Made by a program: the position numbers and the translations under genes. A model generated the notes under the pieces. The model had not been told where the DNA came from, ran no database searches, and saw only the letters and a program-made list of their open reading frames with translations. From the human T2T-CHM13v2.0 reference genome, Homo sapiens, in assembly GCF_009914755.1 (NCBI RefSeq), contig NC_060925.1: a stretch of DNA of 64,000 nt; one strand, given 5' to 3'. Every line of letters starts with the position of its first letter. The first letter of the stretch is position 1. Below are positions 14,685 to 32,854 of this stretch, one piece after another.

Positions 14685-15325
14685 TACTATCCTAGAGACT
14701 TGCCTTCACTGATGTATTTTGTTTGGTCAATGGTCCAGAAAGTCACAGTCACAGTCACCAACACTATTCCCTATGCCCTTACACCTAAGCAGGTTCACTT
14801 ATTTATGCTACCCGCCAGGCACCTGCAGGTGTGTGGCATTTGCATTTTCCTTCTATGGCTTCCTAGTTCCTCATGGTGGGAACCTGGGGCCCGACTTCTT
14901 GCCTCTCAAACTATTAATATGTCTGCCTCACAGGGCCAGGCACTTCTCTAGTCTTGAGTCACCCATGTCATTCTTTTAACCTACCCTCGGGTAGGACACT
15001 GGAGCCATAGATGTGAACCTTAGCCTTTAAGGCACGCAAGAAGACACTGAAGTCCCCAGGGCCAGTCACTGCCAGCAATGTCTTCCAGCGGTGGTTGAAG
15101 GGATGACTGAGGCAAGCAGAGTCTGAGTTTGTTATTGTTCTGAGGATATAGACAAAAATCTTTAATAAGGCTTACATAGCTTGGCATAGTCTTCAGCCTC
15201 AGCTCTGGTTATACTCCCCCTTCCCTTTTGTGCTTAGTTTGTACTAGTCTTGTTCCAGAAGAAGAAAGGGAGAACTAATTCTGCTGCTCCTCTGGTGTCC
15301 AGGAGCTCAGGTAATGGATGCAGAC

Positions 15326-15849
15326 TGTAATAGGCAGTCTCTAAGTTGGTCCCCAGTGATCCCTGGTCATCAAACCCTTGTGTAATTCCCTCGCCTTGAG
15401 TCTGGGATGGATCTAGTACTCATTTGTAATGAATACAGTGGGGCAGCAGTGATGGAATGTTGCTTCCGAGATTAGATTATTTTTTAAAAAGCAAAAACAA
15501 CTGTGGCTTCCATTTGGAGTATGCATGCTCTCTTTCTTTTAGATCAGTTGTGCTGTGGGAACTAAGCTACCATGTTATAAGCAGACCTATTGTGTGGACA
15601 GGAACTAAAGCCTGCCAAATACCGTGTGCGTGAGTCTGAAAACGGACCTTTCAGCCCCTGTCGAGTCTTGAGATGACAGCAGCCCCAGCTGAGTGCTTGA
15701 CTGCAACCTCATGAGAGAACTTGAGGCAATTCTAACCAGCTAAGCTGCTCCCAGATTTCTGACCCTCCAAAACTGTGAGTACTAAATACTTGCAGTTTTC
15801 AGCCACTGAGGTGATTTGCTATGCAGCAATAGTAATAGTAACAAACACA
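15326..15849 (+). mobile_element. MLT1(E/F-like) solo LTR
   Basis: TGTAAT...CCCTTGTGTAATTCCCTC...TTTGCTATGCAGCAATAG, MaLR LTR pattern. Confidence 0.7.
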
Positions 15850-17304
15850 CAGACTTCTGAACCTTTCCCCAATCCAAGGTCATTCTGTGGAGTTAGAGAC
15901 CCAGCTCTCCCATTCACAAAGAAGCTATTATTCTCTCTACAGTAAAGAAAGACAAAGAAGTCAGAGCAGTTTTTTAACGCTGCACATCAGGAAACTAGAT
16001 GTATGCTGAAAATTTGGGAGTGATAAGTAGGACCTTTCCCAGTCTGTAGAATATACCACCAAAGCATGCTCACTCGAGAATGTGCTTTTGATTACTACCA
16101 AGCACACTTTTTTTTCTTTTTGAAGATATGTGCAAACAATGAAAACCCTTCTTGCTGAAATTACAATATAGCCGTACATTTTGGTTGAAATGTTTATTTG
16201 GAGATTTCAAAGTCAAGGTTGATATAGCCAAAAGATAATACAGATTAGACTATCATGGAAACAAAAAGAATCTAAAATTTGATATTGTTCGTACACTAGG
16301 GTCACTGCTCATGTTAACATTTCCTTCATTGCATCCACTTTCTCGGAGCTGGTGTTGTAGGGTTAGATGTGAGTGTGAATGAGCATGCGTACAGTGGACA
16401 AAATCCCCCCATTCTGTAAATGCGTGTGCCTATTATTCTGGGCAGTGAACCCAGCCTGCTTTAAGTCTTTGTTATTTGAATAGTGTCCCAGACTCTCCTT
16501 TGAAATGTGCGGTTCACCTATTTTTATTAACCTTAATATGGAGCTTTCTGATGCTTTTTTGATAGATTCTTGGTCGTGCCCAGGTACACTTCCTTTCGTT
16601 TTAAACAGGTCATATATTTCTCTGTGCTGGCCTTCAGGTGGTGTGCCATATAAATTAGAAAGCAAATTTTCACAAGGTCAAATTTTAATCATGCAGCTTA
16701 GTATTTTTAAACAGATGACATTTTCATACTTGGTATGCTAACTTGAAGACCAGACCATTTTTGCCCAAGTTCTACCAAAGGTTTTCGTTTTATAGTCTTC
16801 ATTTGTTTTGTTTTGGTTTACTTTTTAACAAAAAGCAAACCTAGGAAAAAATTTTAAAAACATACAAGATGCACAAAAACAATTACTCTAATACACATGA
16901 AACAGAAAATCAACACCTGCCAATTAAACACAACTTCTACCATTTCATAACTGTGTGATCTTGTCAAATTACTTAACCTCTCTATAAAACGGGATCACGA
17001 TAGCATCTTTCTCACAGAATTATAGTGAAAATTAAATAATATTATTCTTATGAAATGTTTAAGATCGGGCCTAGCATTTATCATTTACTCGATAAATATT
17101 AATCATGTAATTATATATGTAATTATGGTGATAATGATAATGTTGCTGCCATGAGATGTCAGGTTTCACAATATAAAATCATTACAGAATTCTGTTTGGA
17201 ACTCCTGTGAGACCTAGTATGAATCACCTATAGTTATGAGGCTGCTCTAGCAAATAAATCTAAGAGAACAGGCAACTTCATGAAGAGGTTAAAGTGTCCT
17301 AGGG

Positions 17305-17627
17305 CAGTGGTCTCCAACCTTTTTGGTACCAGGAACCATTTTCAAGGAAGACAACTTTTCCATGGACAGGGTGGGGGATGGATTTGGAATGATCATCAGG
17401 TATTAGATCCTCGTAAGAAGCAGGCAACCTAGATCCCTCATATGCCCAGTTCACAATAGGGTTCCCGTTCCTATGAGAATTGAATGCAGCTGCTGGTCTG
17501 CTGATCGACAGGAGGTGGAGCTCAGGGGTAATGCTCGCTGGCCTGCCACTCACCTCCTGCTATGCAGCCGGGGTCCTAACAGGCCAGAACCAGTACCAGT
17601 CCATGCTCTGGGGGCTGGGGACCCCTG
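17305..17627. mobile_element. MER1B-like hAT-Charlie MITE
   Basis: CAGTGGTCTCCAACCTTTTTGG...GGGGACCCCTG termini; 8-bp TSD TCCTAGGG/TTCTAGGG. Confidence 0.85.
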
Positions 17628-17979
17628 TTCTAGGGAAATACCATCACCATGTCTGCTACCCCTCCCACCGTGGGCGCTACCACCATTTGGTCACCATATG
17701 CAACCCTGTGTGAAGATATTCTTAATACTATCCAGGGTCCTTTTCATTTGAGTGACCTCTATCTCTTTGTCCCACCATCTAACTCCCACCCTCATAATGA
17801 GTGGGGAGAAAACCTCCACCAGGGTGAAGCAAAAAACCTCAAACAGAGGCTTCAAACAAAACTTAATATAAAGACTCCAACCATGAAGTTGTCTCTTTTT
17901 ATCCCCCGGTTATCTTCTTTGTTGGTTTTGTTTTCGGGATCTGCAGGGTACCAAGTTATCTGCTAGAAGGCTCAGTCCT

Positions 17980-18560
17980 TCTCTTCTTACCAGCCCCACT
18001 GCTACCGCCATGATGTAAATCGCTATGATCTCACATTGGTGTTACTTACTGCAATAGCCAGCAAAGCAGCTCCCTTCCTTCCACTCTTGGCCTCCTAAGG
18101 TCTGTTTTCCAATAGCAAAGTGACTTTTTAACATTTTTCAGATCATATGATGTTCCTGTTTTAAATCTTCATTGGCTTCCCCATGTCCTTAGAATAACAT
18201 CCACTTCTTACCACGGCCTATGAGGTCTCAGGTGACCTGGCTCAGGTTCACCTCTGCCCCCTCCTCTTATTTATTATGCTCCAGCTGCACTGGCCATTTT
18301 CTTCCTCAAACACACTAAGCTTATTTCTACCTTAGGGGTTTTGCAGTTCTTTCACCTCCTGCTTTAATTCCTCTCTAACGAAATTTTTTTAAAATAAACT
18401 TTATTAATATCAGAAATCCCTTTATTTGTATATTTATTTATTTGTTTTCTGTCTACGTCCTCACTGAGCCTTTATCCAATAATTTTGTTCCTCATTTTAT
18501 TCTAGCACCTAGTATTGTGCCTGCCATTCCATATATACCTTTTGGAAAGATCAGTGAACA
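17980..18560 (+). mobile_element. L2 fragment
   Basis: CAGATCATATGA...TGGCTTCCCCAT...CTTAGAATAA...GGCCTATGAGG L2 motifs. Confidence 0.6.
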
Positions 18561-18790
18561 GACTCCAGCTATTTTTTAAAATAGGATTTACTGGAAGAGG
18601 AGACCCACAGAATCAAAGGAACAGTTGAAGACTCAAAAGAACAGGCTCAGAAGGGGCAGGAATAGGGAGGGGCAGGAACAGGGGAAGCAATTAGGATCTA
18701 GGTAGCAAGAAGGGGCCGATTGGTTCTGGCCACTTTTTGCTACTCTTATGTTGTTCCACTGATGATGCAATGCTCAAAAAATCAGATCAT

Positions 18791-19036
18791 TGGGAGGCCG
18801 AGGCGGGCGGATCACGAGGTCAGGAGATCGAGACCATCCTGGCTAACACGGTGAAACCCCGTCTCTACTGAAAATACGAAAAATTAGCCGGGCGAGGTAT
18901 TGGGTGCCTGTAATCCCAGTTACTCTGGAGGCTGAGGCAAGACAATGGCGTGAACCCCAGGGGGCGGAGCCTGCAGTGAGCCGAGATCGCCCCACTGCAC
19001 TCCAGCCTGGGCAACAGCGAGACTCCGCCTCAAAAA

Positions 19037-19078
<42 letters not shown>
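18791..19078 (+). mobile_element. 5'-truncated AluY (AluYe-like) with (TAAA)n tail
   Basis: GAACCCCAGGGGGCGGAGCCTGCAG and ACAGCGAGACTCC diagnostics; TSD AATCAGATCAT. Confidence 0.85.
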
Positions 19079-19080
<2 letters not shown>

Positions 19081-19324
19081 CAGATCATCCTCGTGTGGGT
19101 CTCAAGATTATCATTTAGCTCGGGATACCTTAAACAAACTTCCCACCAAGACTATAAACCATGGCAAAGAAGACAATTCTAGCCACCCCCCCCCCAAAAA
19201 AAAAGTAGGGTTATTGTCCAAAGAAGGGAGGAATGGACACACCCACAGTCAAAAACCCAAAACAAAACAAAAGTCTGCAATAATCTCTGACTTGACATTT
19301 TGTCATCTAGAAGACAACTACTTT

Positions 19325-19627
19325 CTTTCTTTTTTTTTTTTTTTTTTTTTTTTTTTGAGATGGAGTTTCCAGGCTGGAGTGCAGTGGCGCGATCTGGCTC
19401 ACTGCAACCTACGCCTCCTGGGTTCAAGTGATTCTCCTGCCTCAGCCTCCTGAGTAGCTGGGATTACAGGCGCCTGCCACCACGCCCGGCTAATTTTTTG
19501 TATTTTTAGTAGAGAGGGGGTTTCACCATTTTGGCCAGGCTGGTCTCAAACTCCTGACTTCAGGTGATCTGCCCCGCTAGGCCTCCCAAAGTGCTGGGAT
19601 TACAGGCGTGAGCAACCGCGCACGGCC
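19325..19627 (-). mobile_element. AluS
   Basis: Poly(T) then antisense Alu; TSD-like ACA(A/T)CTACTTTCTT. Confidence 0.92.
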
Positions 19628-19685
19628 AACATCTACTTTCTTGCAGTATTAACTGATGTTTGTTTAAGAGATATAAACAGATTTC

Positions 19686-19990
19686 GGCCGAGCTCAGTGG
19701 CTCACACCTGTAATCCCAGCACTTTGGGAGGCCGAGGCGGGCGGATCATGAGGTCAGGAGATGGAGACCATCCTGGTTAACACGGTGAAACCCCATCTCT
19801 ACTAAAAAATACAAAAAATTAGCCGGGTGTGGTGGCGGGCACCTGTAGTCTCAGCTATTCGGGAGGCTGAGGCAGGAGAGTGGCGTGAACCCAGGAGGCG
19901 GAGCTTGCAGTGAGCCAGATCGCGCCGCTGCACGCCAGCCTGGGAAACAGAGCAGGACTCCGCCTCAAAAAAAAAAAAAAAAAAAAAAAA
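19686..19990 (+). mobile_element. AluY
   Basis: TSD AGATATAAACAGATTTC; long A-tail. Confidence 0.92.
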
Positions 19991-20129
19991 AGATATAAAC
20001 AGATTTCAATATTAAGTCAAATAAAAGAAGAAAGATAAATCTGTTCAAAATTATACAGCATACTAAAAAGATATGCTTTTAAATGTCTTCTCTGTCCTAT
20101 GATTCAGAATAAACTAGAGGTCAGGAGAC

Positions 20130-20870
20130 AGTTCCATGAGATATCCTTTTGGATATCCCAAACTAAATTAATTCTCTCCTTTCCCTGACATCTGCTTCTC
20201 ATACCATATTATCTATCTCAGTTAATGAAATTACTATTTACTCTCTGACTGGCCTAGGAATTTGTTTAGACAGAGTTTACTTGTCTAGAGTAATAAACTG
20301 GAGAATAACATTTGTTTCCACCATCTCCCTCATTTCCCACACTCAATTAATCAAAAAATCCTATCAGTTCTAACTCAAATTCTCCAACCTATCTCTTCCT
20401 CGCCATTCCCAATACCAATGCCTGTGTTCAGGCCCTTATTACCTTTGGCCGTGAACCACTTGCAACAGTTTCTCAGTGATCTTCACTCAATCCACTTAAG
20501 CCCATCTCTCACACGATTGCCACACTTACAACTCTAAAACAAAGATCTATGTCTGCCAGACTCTTCTTTAAAAGCTTCTATAATTCCACACTGTCTACAA
20601 AAATAAAAGCCAACCGCCTCTGTGTCTTAGCTGAAATGACAGAATACAAAAGTTTCTCAGAATGATTTATAAATGCAACCTTTTCTTTAATATGGAGGTT
20701 CTTTAACCCTGGTATACATGAGAAAACTTGTAGTGCATTTAAAGAACACTGATGCTAAGACCTCAATCTGAAAAAGTCTGATTTAATTGGTCTGGAATGA
20801 AGCCTTACATCAGCTTTTTAAAGACCTCCCCCAAATAATTCTAATATGTAGTCAGGGTTGAAAACTACTA
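20130..20870. mobile_element. L2 fragment followed by MER5A-like element
   Basis: L2 motifs ~20130-20620; TCTGATTTAATTGGTCTGG...CCCCAAATAATTCTAAT...GGGTTGAAAACTACT at ~20690-20870. Confidence 0.55.
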
Positions 20871-20889
20871 ATTTATAACGTGGCTAGAA

Positions 20890-24641
<3,752 letters not shown>

Positions 24642-24774
24642 ACTATTTAGTTCTATTTATTCATTTATGCAATGATGGTCTCAGCAGTAGGTAATAAAAT
24701 ATAACCTTATATTTAAAATTCATTTTTCATTTTGAAAGGTTTGGATCTTTGTCTCTTCTTTCTACTTTACTATT

Positions 24775-24825
<51 letters not shown>
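24775..24825. repeat. (TTTA)n microsatellite
   Basis: Seen directly. Confidence 0.95.
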
Positions 24826-24827
<2 letters not shown>

Positions 24828-25539
24828 ATGGTGGTGGATCTGAGATCTACCTTACTGTTTTAAATACTTAACTCCGACCAAATAGAAGATAAATACAAAT
24901 TGTATTCCCTTACTTTTCTCTAAGGCCATGCTGGTACAACTAGAATTGGCTCTTTAGAATGTAGGTATCATTTATAGTAAGCTGGAGATTTGATCACAGA
25001 ATGATACATGTAAGAATGTCATAGCACAAAAAAATGCACAGATATTTTTAAAAGGACAAATTTCAGGACACTTTCCATCTGAGTTCATAAGAAAGTCCTC
25101 TTGAGTATCCTTCAAAGTTAAAACCCTCTCCCCTTCAGATTAATGAAAATATTAGGATGCATAGAACACAATGGGCACTGGTGATATGGCCCATGGTAGC
25201 TGAATTAGATTGAGTATAAATGAAGTCTTCACATAATAGCAAAGAGGCCAACAGAAGAAAGGCCAGAAAGCCACTTGAAACTCATGTCCATGGAAGACCA
25301 AATGAAGTTGATTTAACTGTTCCCTTAGAAAGATATTATCCCATTGCTTAGCCCTCAAAGTGCTCATACTGCTACTTTCCTTCTTTATATCACCAGTTCT
25401 GGGAGCAAACCTCCTGAAAGAATGGAAGTATAGACTGTAAATACAAGACTGTGGGTACAGCAAAGGGGCTCTGATGCTCTAGTTGTTTGTGTCTAGATAC
25501 TGTCAAATGTCCCTTGTGATGCACAATTGCCCTTAGCGG

Positions 25540-27290
<1,751 letters not shown>

Positions 27291-27729
27291 GTAGAACAGC
27301 AACAACAAAGAGATGGCTAGACAAGCATATTACAGTAGTTGAAGTTTGATGTTAGAAATTCACTGAATCTTCTCTGAAGTCATTGTCCTCTGACAGTTGT
27401 CTGCAGGTTTCAAGCTATCCACCTACACAGAATGTGCAATCTGCTGGGCTTCAAAAGCACACATTGAGGCAGATGGCCAACAGCTGACAATTCACTTAAT
27501 TTCTCTTTTTAAATAGTTATATACTTGAAAAAGGATCGAGTTTGAATTAAATCCTCACAGAAAATTTCTATCACAGCATGGGATTCACTTCAATAAAGCA
27601 TCTTCCCACTGTCATAAATCTGCTTGTGTTCTTTTGGCAAAATTTTCTTCCCACTCAACCTGGCTTTGTTATCTTGTCAAGCCAGACAAAAATTCACCTC
27701 CTGTATAAAGCCGTCTCTGATCATCTGCC

Positions 27730-28047
<318 letters not shown>

Positions 28048-28652
28048 TCATCTGCCTTTTAGCACCATAGAGAGGTGCCATTAACCACCTGGTTTATATT
28101 GCCAGCATGTAGGGGCTGTAATATGGTACCCCAGCCCCACCTCCCTACCCCATCATTATTTTTTCTTAAAGAAAATAAGCTTGCCACTTAGAATTTAAAC
28201 TTTACAATTAAGATAAACTGATTTAGAGAATAAATGTAGACACTTGAAACAGTCACAAGGATCCCCAAACCAGATTATAATCTGACTGAAAATATTAGCA
28301 TATCAGAGATAGAAAAAGAGATGTACCTAAGAAGGGAGGACAATCATCAGTGGACACTTACTGTCCAGGAAAAAAGAACCTATGTGTACACCTTGATGCT
28401 CTGAAGCTATCAAATTATTTGAAATTTAGAATCCACTAATTAATTCCTCTTGCTCTAGATTCAAGTTTCAAAAACAACCTTTTGGCTGTAATTTGGCTCT
28501 CAAATGTGGCACATATACCAAGAGATATTTTGCTGGAATCATAAAAGAGAGTCTAGTTCCCTAAGATGTTAAAATTCTCATTATAAATTAGTAATTTGTT
28601 ATTCTGGGTTTATATAGTAGTCCTGTGATTTATCAGTTTAAGAAACAGACTT

Positions 28653-28972
28653 GGCTGGGTGCAGTGGCTCATGCCTATAGTCTCAGCACTTTGGGAGGGT
28701 GGGGTGGTAGGATTGCTTGAAGCCAGGAGTTTGAGACCAGCCTAGGCAACATAGCAAGACTCCATCTCTACACAAAATAATTTTTTAAAAGTAGCCGGAA
28801 ATGGTGGTACACAACTGTGATCTCAGCTACTTGGGAGGCCAAGGCAAGAGGATCCCTTGAGCCCAGGAGTTGGAGACTGCAGGGAGCTATGATTGCACCA
28901 CTTCACTCCAACCTAGGCAACACAGTGAGACTCCATCTCTGAAAAAAAAAAAAAAAGAAAGAAAGAAAAAGA
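28653..28972 (+). mobile_element. AluJ
   Basis: TSD AAGAAACAGACTT. Confidence 0.88.
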
Positions 28973-29073
28973 AAAGAAACAGACTTAACAAGTTAAAGAC
29001 CAGATTTCAACATATTTTCCAAGATAATGCCACTTTCTATGGCCTGTTAGGGAAGTCAGCTTTCCTTGGAGAA

Positions 29074-29075
<2 letters not shown>

Positions 29076-29107
<32 letters not shown>
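29076..29107. repeat. (GA)n microsatellite
   Basis: Seen directly. Confidence 0.95.
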
Positions 29108-29109
<2 letters not shown>

Positions 29110-31009
29110 CTACAGTTCATCTTTCTGTTACAGCACTTACTCCATACTCCAGTTACTGAAGCACATTATAGAACTACAGATTCTGAGTTACCTGAGGGTA
29201 GTTTTGTATCCAGTTTGTGCTGGCCTCCACCATCATTGCTCAATAAGTAACACTGAACTGAACTGAATTTGGATAACGTGCAAAGCTGCTTTTTTACATT
29301 TTTTAGTTGATTGAGAGTTAGAAAATCGTACCAAAAACACCACTCCCCAAGTATAACCTCTAATACGCTAACATTCATTAAACCTCTAACACTATAGCTA
29401 AAGTTGTTACATTTTTTAAAGTACGCTAAACTGGGGAATTGATTTTTAAATAAAGGGCAAAGTAGCACTAACCTCAGTCAAGTTGCTGTAAGTGTTTCAT
29501 TTGGGAATTGTGAAATTTTTTAAAAACATTTCAAGACTTATCATTACATCAACGAAGATGAATATAGGTGTAGTTTGTCAGATGAGTAACTATTAAGGAA
29601 ACCATGAATGTTTGCTATCTACTTTCACAATTAAACCACAATTTAGAGGATCAAATTCTAACCCTATAAACTTTTTTTTAACCAAAGACAGGGAGAAAAA
29701 TCATACTCTTGTGATAAGGAGTCATAATTCATTTTAAATTCTGCAGGATTAATGCTGCTTTCCAGATAAGAAGAATTCACCCCGTGTGCGTAAGGTGATT
29801 AAGGAGCCTTGGAATTATAAATACACATTCAGATTAATTTTTTTGTTCTAAGCTTTAAATAAAATTTCAAAGTATTTTATAAAATAATTAACATCCCATA
29901 GATATGCTTTTTTAAAAAAGTAATTAGGTCTATAAAAGTAATTTGTATAAGGCAATAAAAATTTTACTTTATAAAAAAATCAAACAATGAATACTTTTTG
30001 CTTAATTCTTTCTTAGGAGCAGTAATTTATTATGGGTTCCTTAGAAGACATGTGATTTATTTAAGCTCTATTAACTGAATGTGAGTCTGTTTTCTGACAT
30101 AAACAGTGGATAGTGTTATGAAAAAATAAAATTGTCAGTGAATAGGCTAAATTTCATAGTTCACAAATATAGCTATCCTGAACATAGAATACAGATCCAA
30201 TGAACATTTAGTTTTATAATTAGCACTGTTTTAATCCAAATTCCAATTTTATGCATGGGAAACTGAGGCCTAGAGAAATGAAGTAACTTTTTACAGACCC
30301 GTTAGCTCAGAGGCTGGAATCACTAGGCCTGGTAGTTTGATTTATGAGTACTACCTTCCATGAGATAAAAAGCTAAAAATGCTGTGATGAGGACATGTTT
30401 ATTTCTAAAAAGCCTGCAGCACAATCTATCTCTTCTCCCAAAAATCGTATGTATGACAGATTTTTATGTTACTGCTGCTACACGAAGAAAATTGAGCCTA
30501 ATATGTTCGGTCTTCCAGGCCAAAGCAAAGGATTGATTTTAGAAGGAACTTGTCCTGCATGGCCTCCATCCAGCCATCAGGCAGGGCTCCAGCTCTGCAG
30601 GGGAAAAAGAGATAGCCCAGGAAGAGGGAATCACCACCCACCCCACCCTGCGATCTGTATCTAAGAGAAATAACCCTGAAAAGAAGAGCTATAAGAGATG
30701 GCAGTGTGTGCTTTCGTCCGGGTGCACTTCCCGATCCTTCATCTTTCATGCCCATCTCTGATGTTTCCATCCTGGTATAGCCTTCTGAGTCATGTGTTCA
30801 TCTCTCCTTTGGCTCAACCCAACAGACACAGCCTGCAATCTCACCTCCGTCAACACAGCAAATGTCTGTGTCTCAAAGACCTCGAGATAGAGCTTCCTAT
30901 GCTTTAACCCTTCCAGGGGCACACCTTTATTTCTGGGCAACTCAACACTGTCCCTCCTCCTGCCTCCACCACGGGCCCCATTACCTCCCTACCCTTCTCC
31001 AAGCAGTAG

Positions 31010-31560
31010 TCACTCAGCGCCAACCCCTCTCAGGCGTCGGGATCTTCAGTCCGGGGCCCCAGCCCTCCGCGCGGTTCTCCTGCCCAGCGCACCGTGCGTT
31101 GCCACCCCCATCGCGTTCCTCAGCCTCCCGGGCTCCAGAGGCAGGAGCTGGCCATGCTCTCACCTCATCCAGGGTGTGGCCGCCGCAGCTGCTTCTTCCT
31201 CCTCGGCCGCTGCTGCCCAGCTCCCGGCTGGCTCCGGGCGCCGTCTTTCCCGGCTCGGGGTCTGCCGTGGGGACTGAGGGGTTCGCGTCGCGTCCCCGGA
31301 CCGGTAAGGCGTGTAGTGAGCCCGGCGGGACGCGCGACAGCAGCAGCCAAAGTCGCATCGGCGGCGGCAGCAGGACCCGCTGTCTGTGCCCTTCATGGAT
31401 TTCCTGGGCCTGGCCACCCCAGTCCTAGCTACGGTTCCTGCTTGTTTTCCTGGTGTCTTCCGGGACTGCCAGGGCGCATCCTCTGGGCCTGGCTGAGCAT
31501 CCCCGTCAGTTCCCTGGGCCTCCTCCGCGGCTGCCTCTGCCACCTGCTCCGCCCAGATTG
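31010..31560. promoter_or_regulatory. CpG island / promoter of the PDE4DIP long isoform
   Basis: Dense CpG, GC-rich stretch (e.g. GCGTCGCGTCCCCGGACCGG, GGCGGCGGC) against an AT-rich, CpG-depleted background; overlaps the first exon. Confidence 0.9.
31164..31396 (-). CDS. PDE4DIP: First coding exon of the long CM1-domain isoform of PDE4DIP/myomegalin (or a duplicated PDE4DIP paralog); 233 nt, phase-2 donor
   Basis: Translates as MKGTDSGSCCRRRCDFGCCCRASRRAHYTPYRSGDATRTPQSPRQTPSRERRRPEPAGSWAAAAEEEEAAAAATPWMR, which matches my recollection of a PDE4DIP isoform N-terminus. ATG at 31396, donor AG|GTGAGA at 31164/31163, inside a CpG island. The next exon (recalled as DYFAEDDGEM...) is not seen in the window. 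Confidence 0.85.
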
Positions 31561-32487
31561 CTTTGGTCCTTCTCCCGCAGACACACTCAGCTGCCCTTCA
31601 TCCTCTGTCGTCTCCCCATTCTCTCTCCACCCACTGCCTCATTCCCAGATCCCACGCCGTTTCTTCCTTTCTATCCGCTCCAATGTCACCTTCTCTTTAT
31701 TTCCAACCTCAGATAAGTTTCTCCTTTTCTTTCTGTCTCTCTCAATATTTTCCCCGGTTTCATCCTCCTCCCCGCGCCCCCGTATCAGTCATCCTTTTAT
31801 AATTTATCCAGTTTTTCCTCTCCTATTAGTTCCTCAGAATCACTACTGCAGGTTGTTGGCTAGCCTCTTTTCTTCCTCTCCCTGTTTCTTTCTCTTTCCT
31901 AAAATCTTTTCCTTTCAATTTTCCCTTGAGTTTTTCAATTGTAAAAACTTTCTCCCAAACAACCTACATTTTCCTTTCAGTTGAGACTGATTGCAGTTTT
32001 CCATGAACTCATAGTAAAGCATATATAGCTTGGTATCCACCATAAACCAAGAAAGTGTTTTAACCTTTTTTTAAAGTTGGTCAGTTAAATAAATTATCCC
32101 ATAAATATTCATTCTGAAAATCCAGTTCTTATATCCTACATATGTCCTTGAAAACAGAGACTAGTTTGCTTTTGTATCCAGCAAAGCAAAATGTTTCTGC
32201 AACACTATTGCATATAGCATAAGTTCAGCAGGGGAGGGGGAGCAAGGTTTGTCTTTGTAGTTGGGCACTGTGGATCTCAAGGTTCATAGGCAACAGCTAT
32301 TATTGTTGACTGACTGAATGCAGACAAAGCTGAATTCATCTCAGCTCATCCTTCCAAATCTGTTGCTCAGTTCTGTGTTTTAACCCCAGCCCTATCTACC
32401 CAGCTGCTCAATCCCCAAACCTAGAATTTGTCAGGGACCTATTTCTCTTTTACCCATCTCATCCAGTCATTAATTCTACTTTTTTAC

Positions 32488-32490
32488 TCT

Positions 32491-32560
<70 letters not shown>

Positions 32561-32854
32561 TTTTTTTTTTGAGACGGATTCTCACTCTATCACCCAGCAG
32601 GCTGGAGTGCAGTGGCACGATCTTGGCCTACTGCAAGCTCTGCCTCCTGGGTTCAAGCGATTCTCCTGCCTCAATCTCCTGAGCAGCTCGGATTACAGGC
32701 ACCTGCCACCACGCCTGGCTAATTTTTGTATTTTTAGTAGAGATGGGGTTTCGCCATGTTGGCCAGGCTGGTCTCGAACTGCTGACCTCAAGTGATCCTC
32801 CCGTCTCAGCCTCCCAAATTGCTAGGATTACAGGCGTGAGCCACTCACCTGGCC
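32488..32854 (-). mobile_element. Antisense AluS whose tail is flanked by a (CT)n(ATAG)~12 compound microsatellite
   Basis: (ATAG)n at 32511-32560 directly abuts the poly(T) of the Alu. Confidence 0.9.

Noticed and set aside
31397-31543. ORF-track start MAEAAAEE... for PDE4DIP
   Set aside because: It starts at GTG, not ATG. The recognised start is the ATG at 31396; kept only as a possible non-AUG extension.
30862-31984. Long plus-strand ORFs (188 aa, 296 aa) over the CpG island
   Set aside because: Low-complexity translations explained by stop-poor GC-rich and pyrimidine-rich sequence antisense to the PDE4DIP exon; no recognisable domain.
31560-31990. Pyrimidine-rich tract as H-DNA
   Set aside because: No clear mirror repeat seen, and the tract is frequently interrupted.
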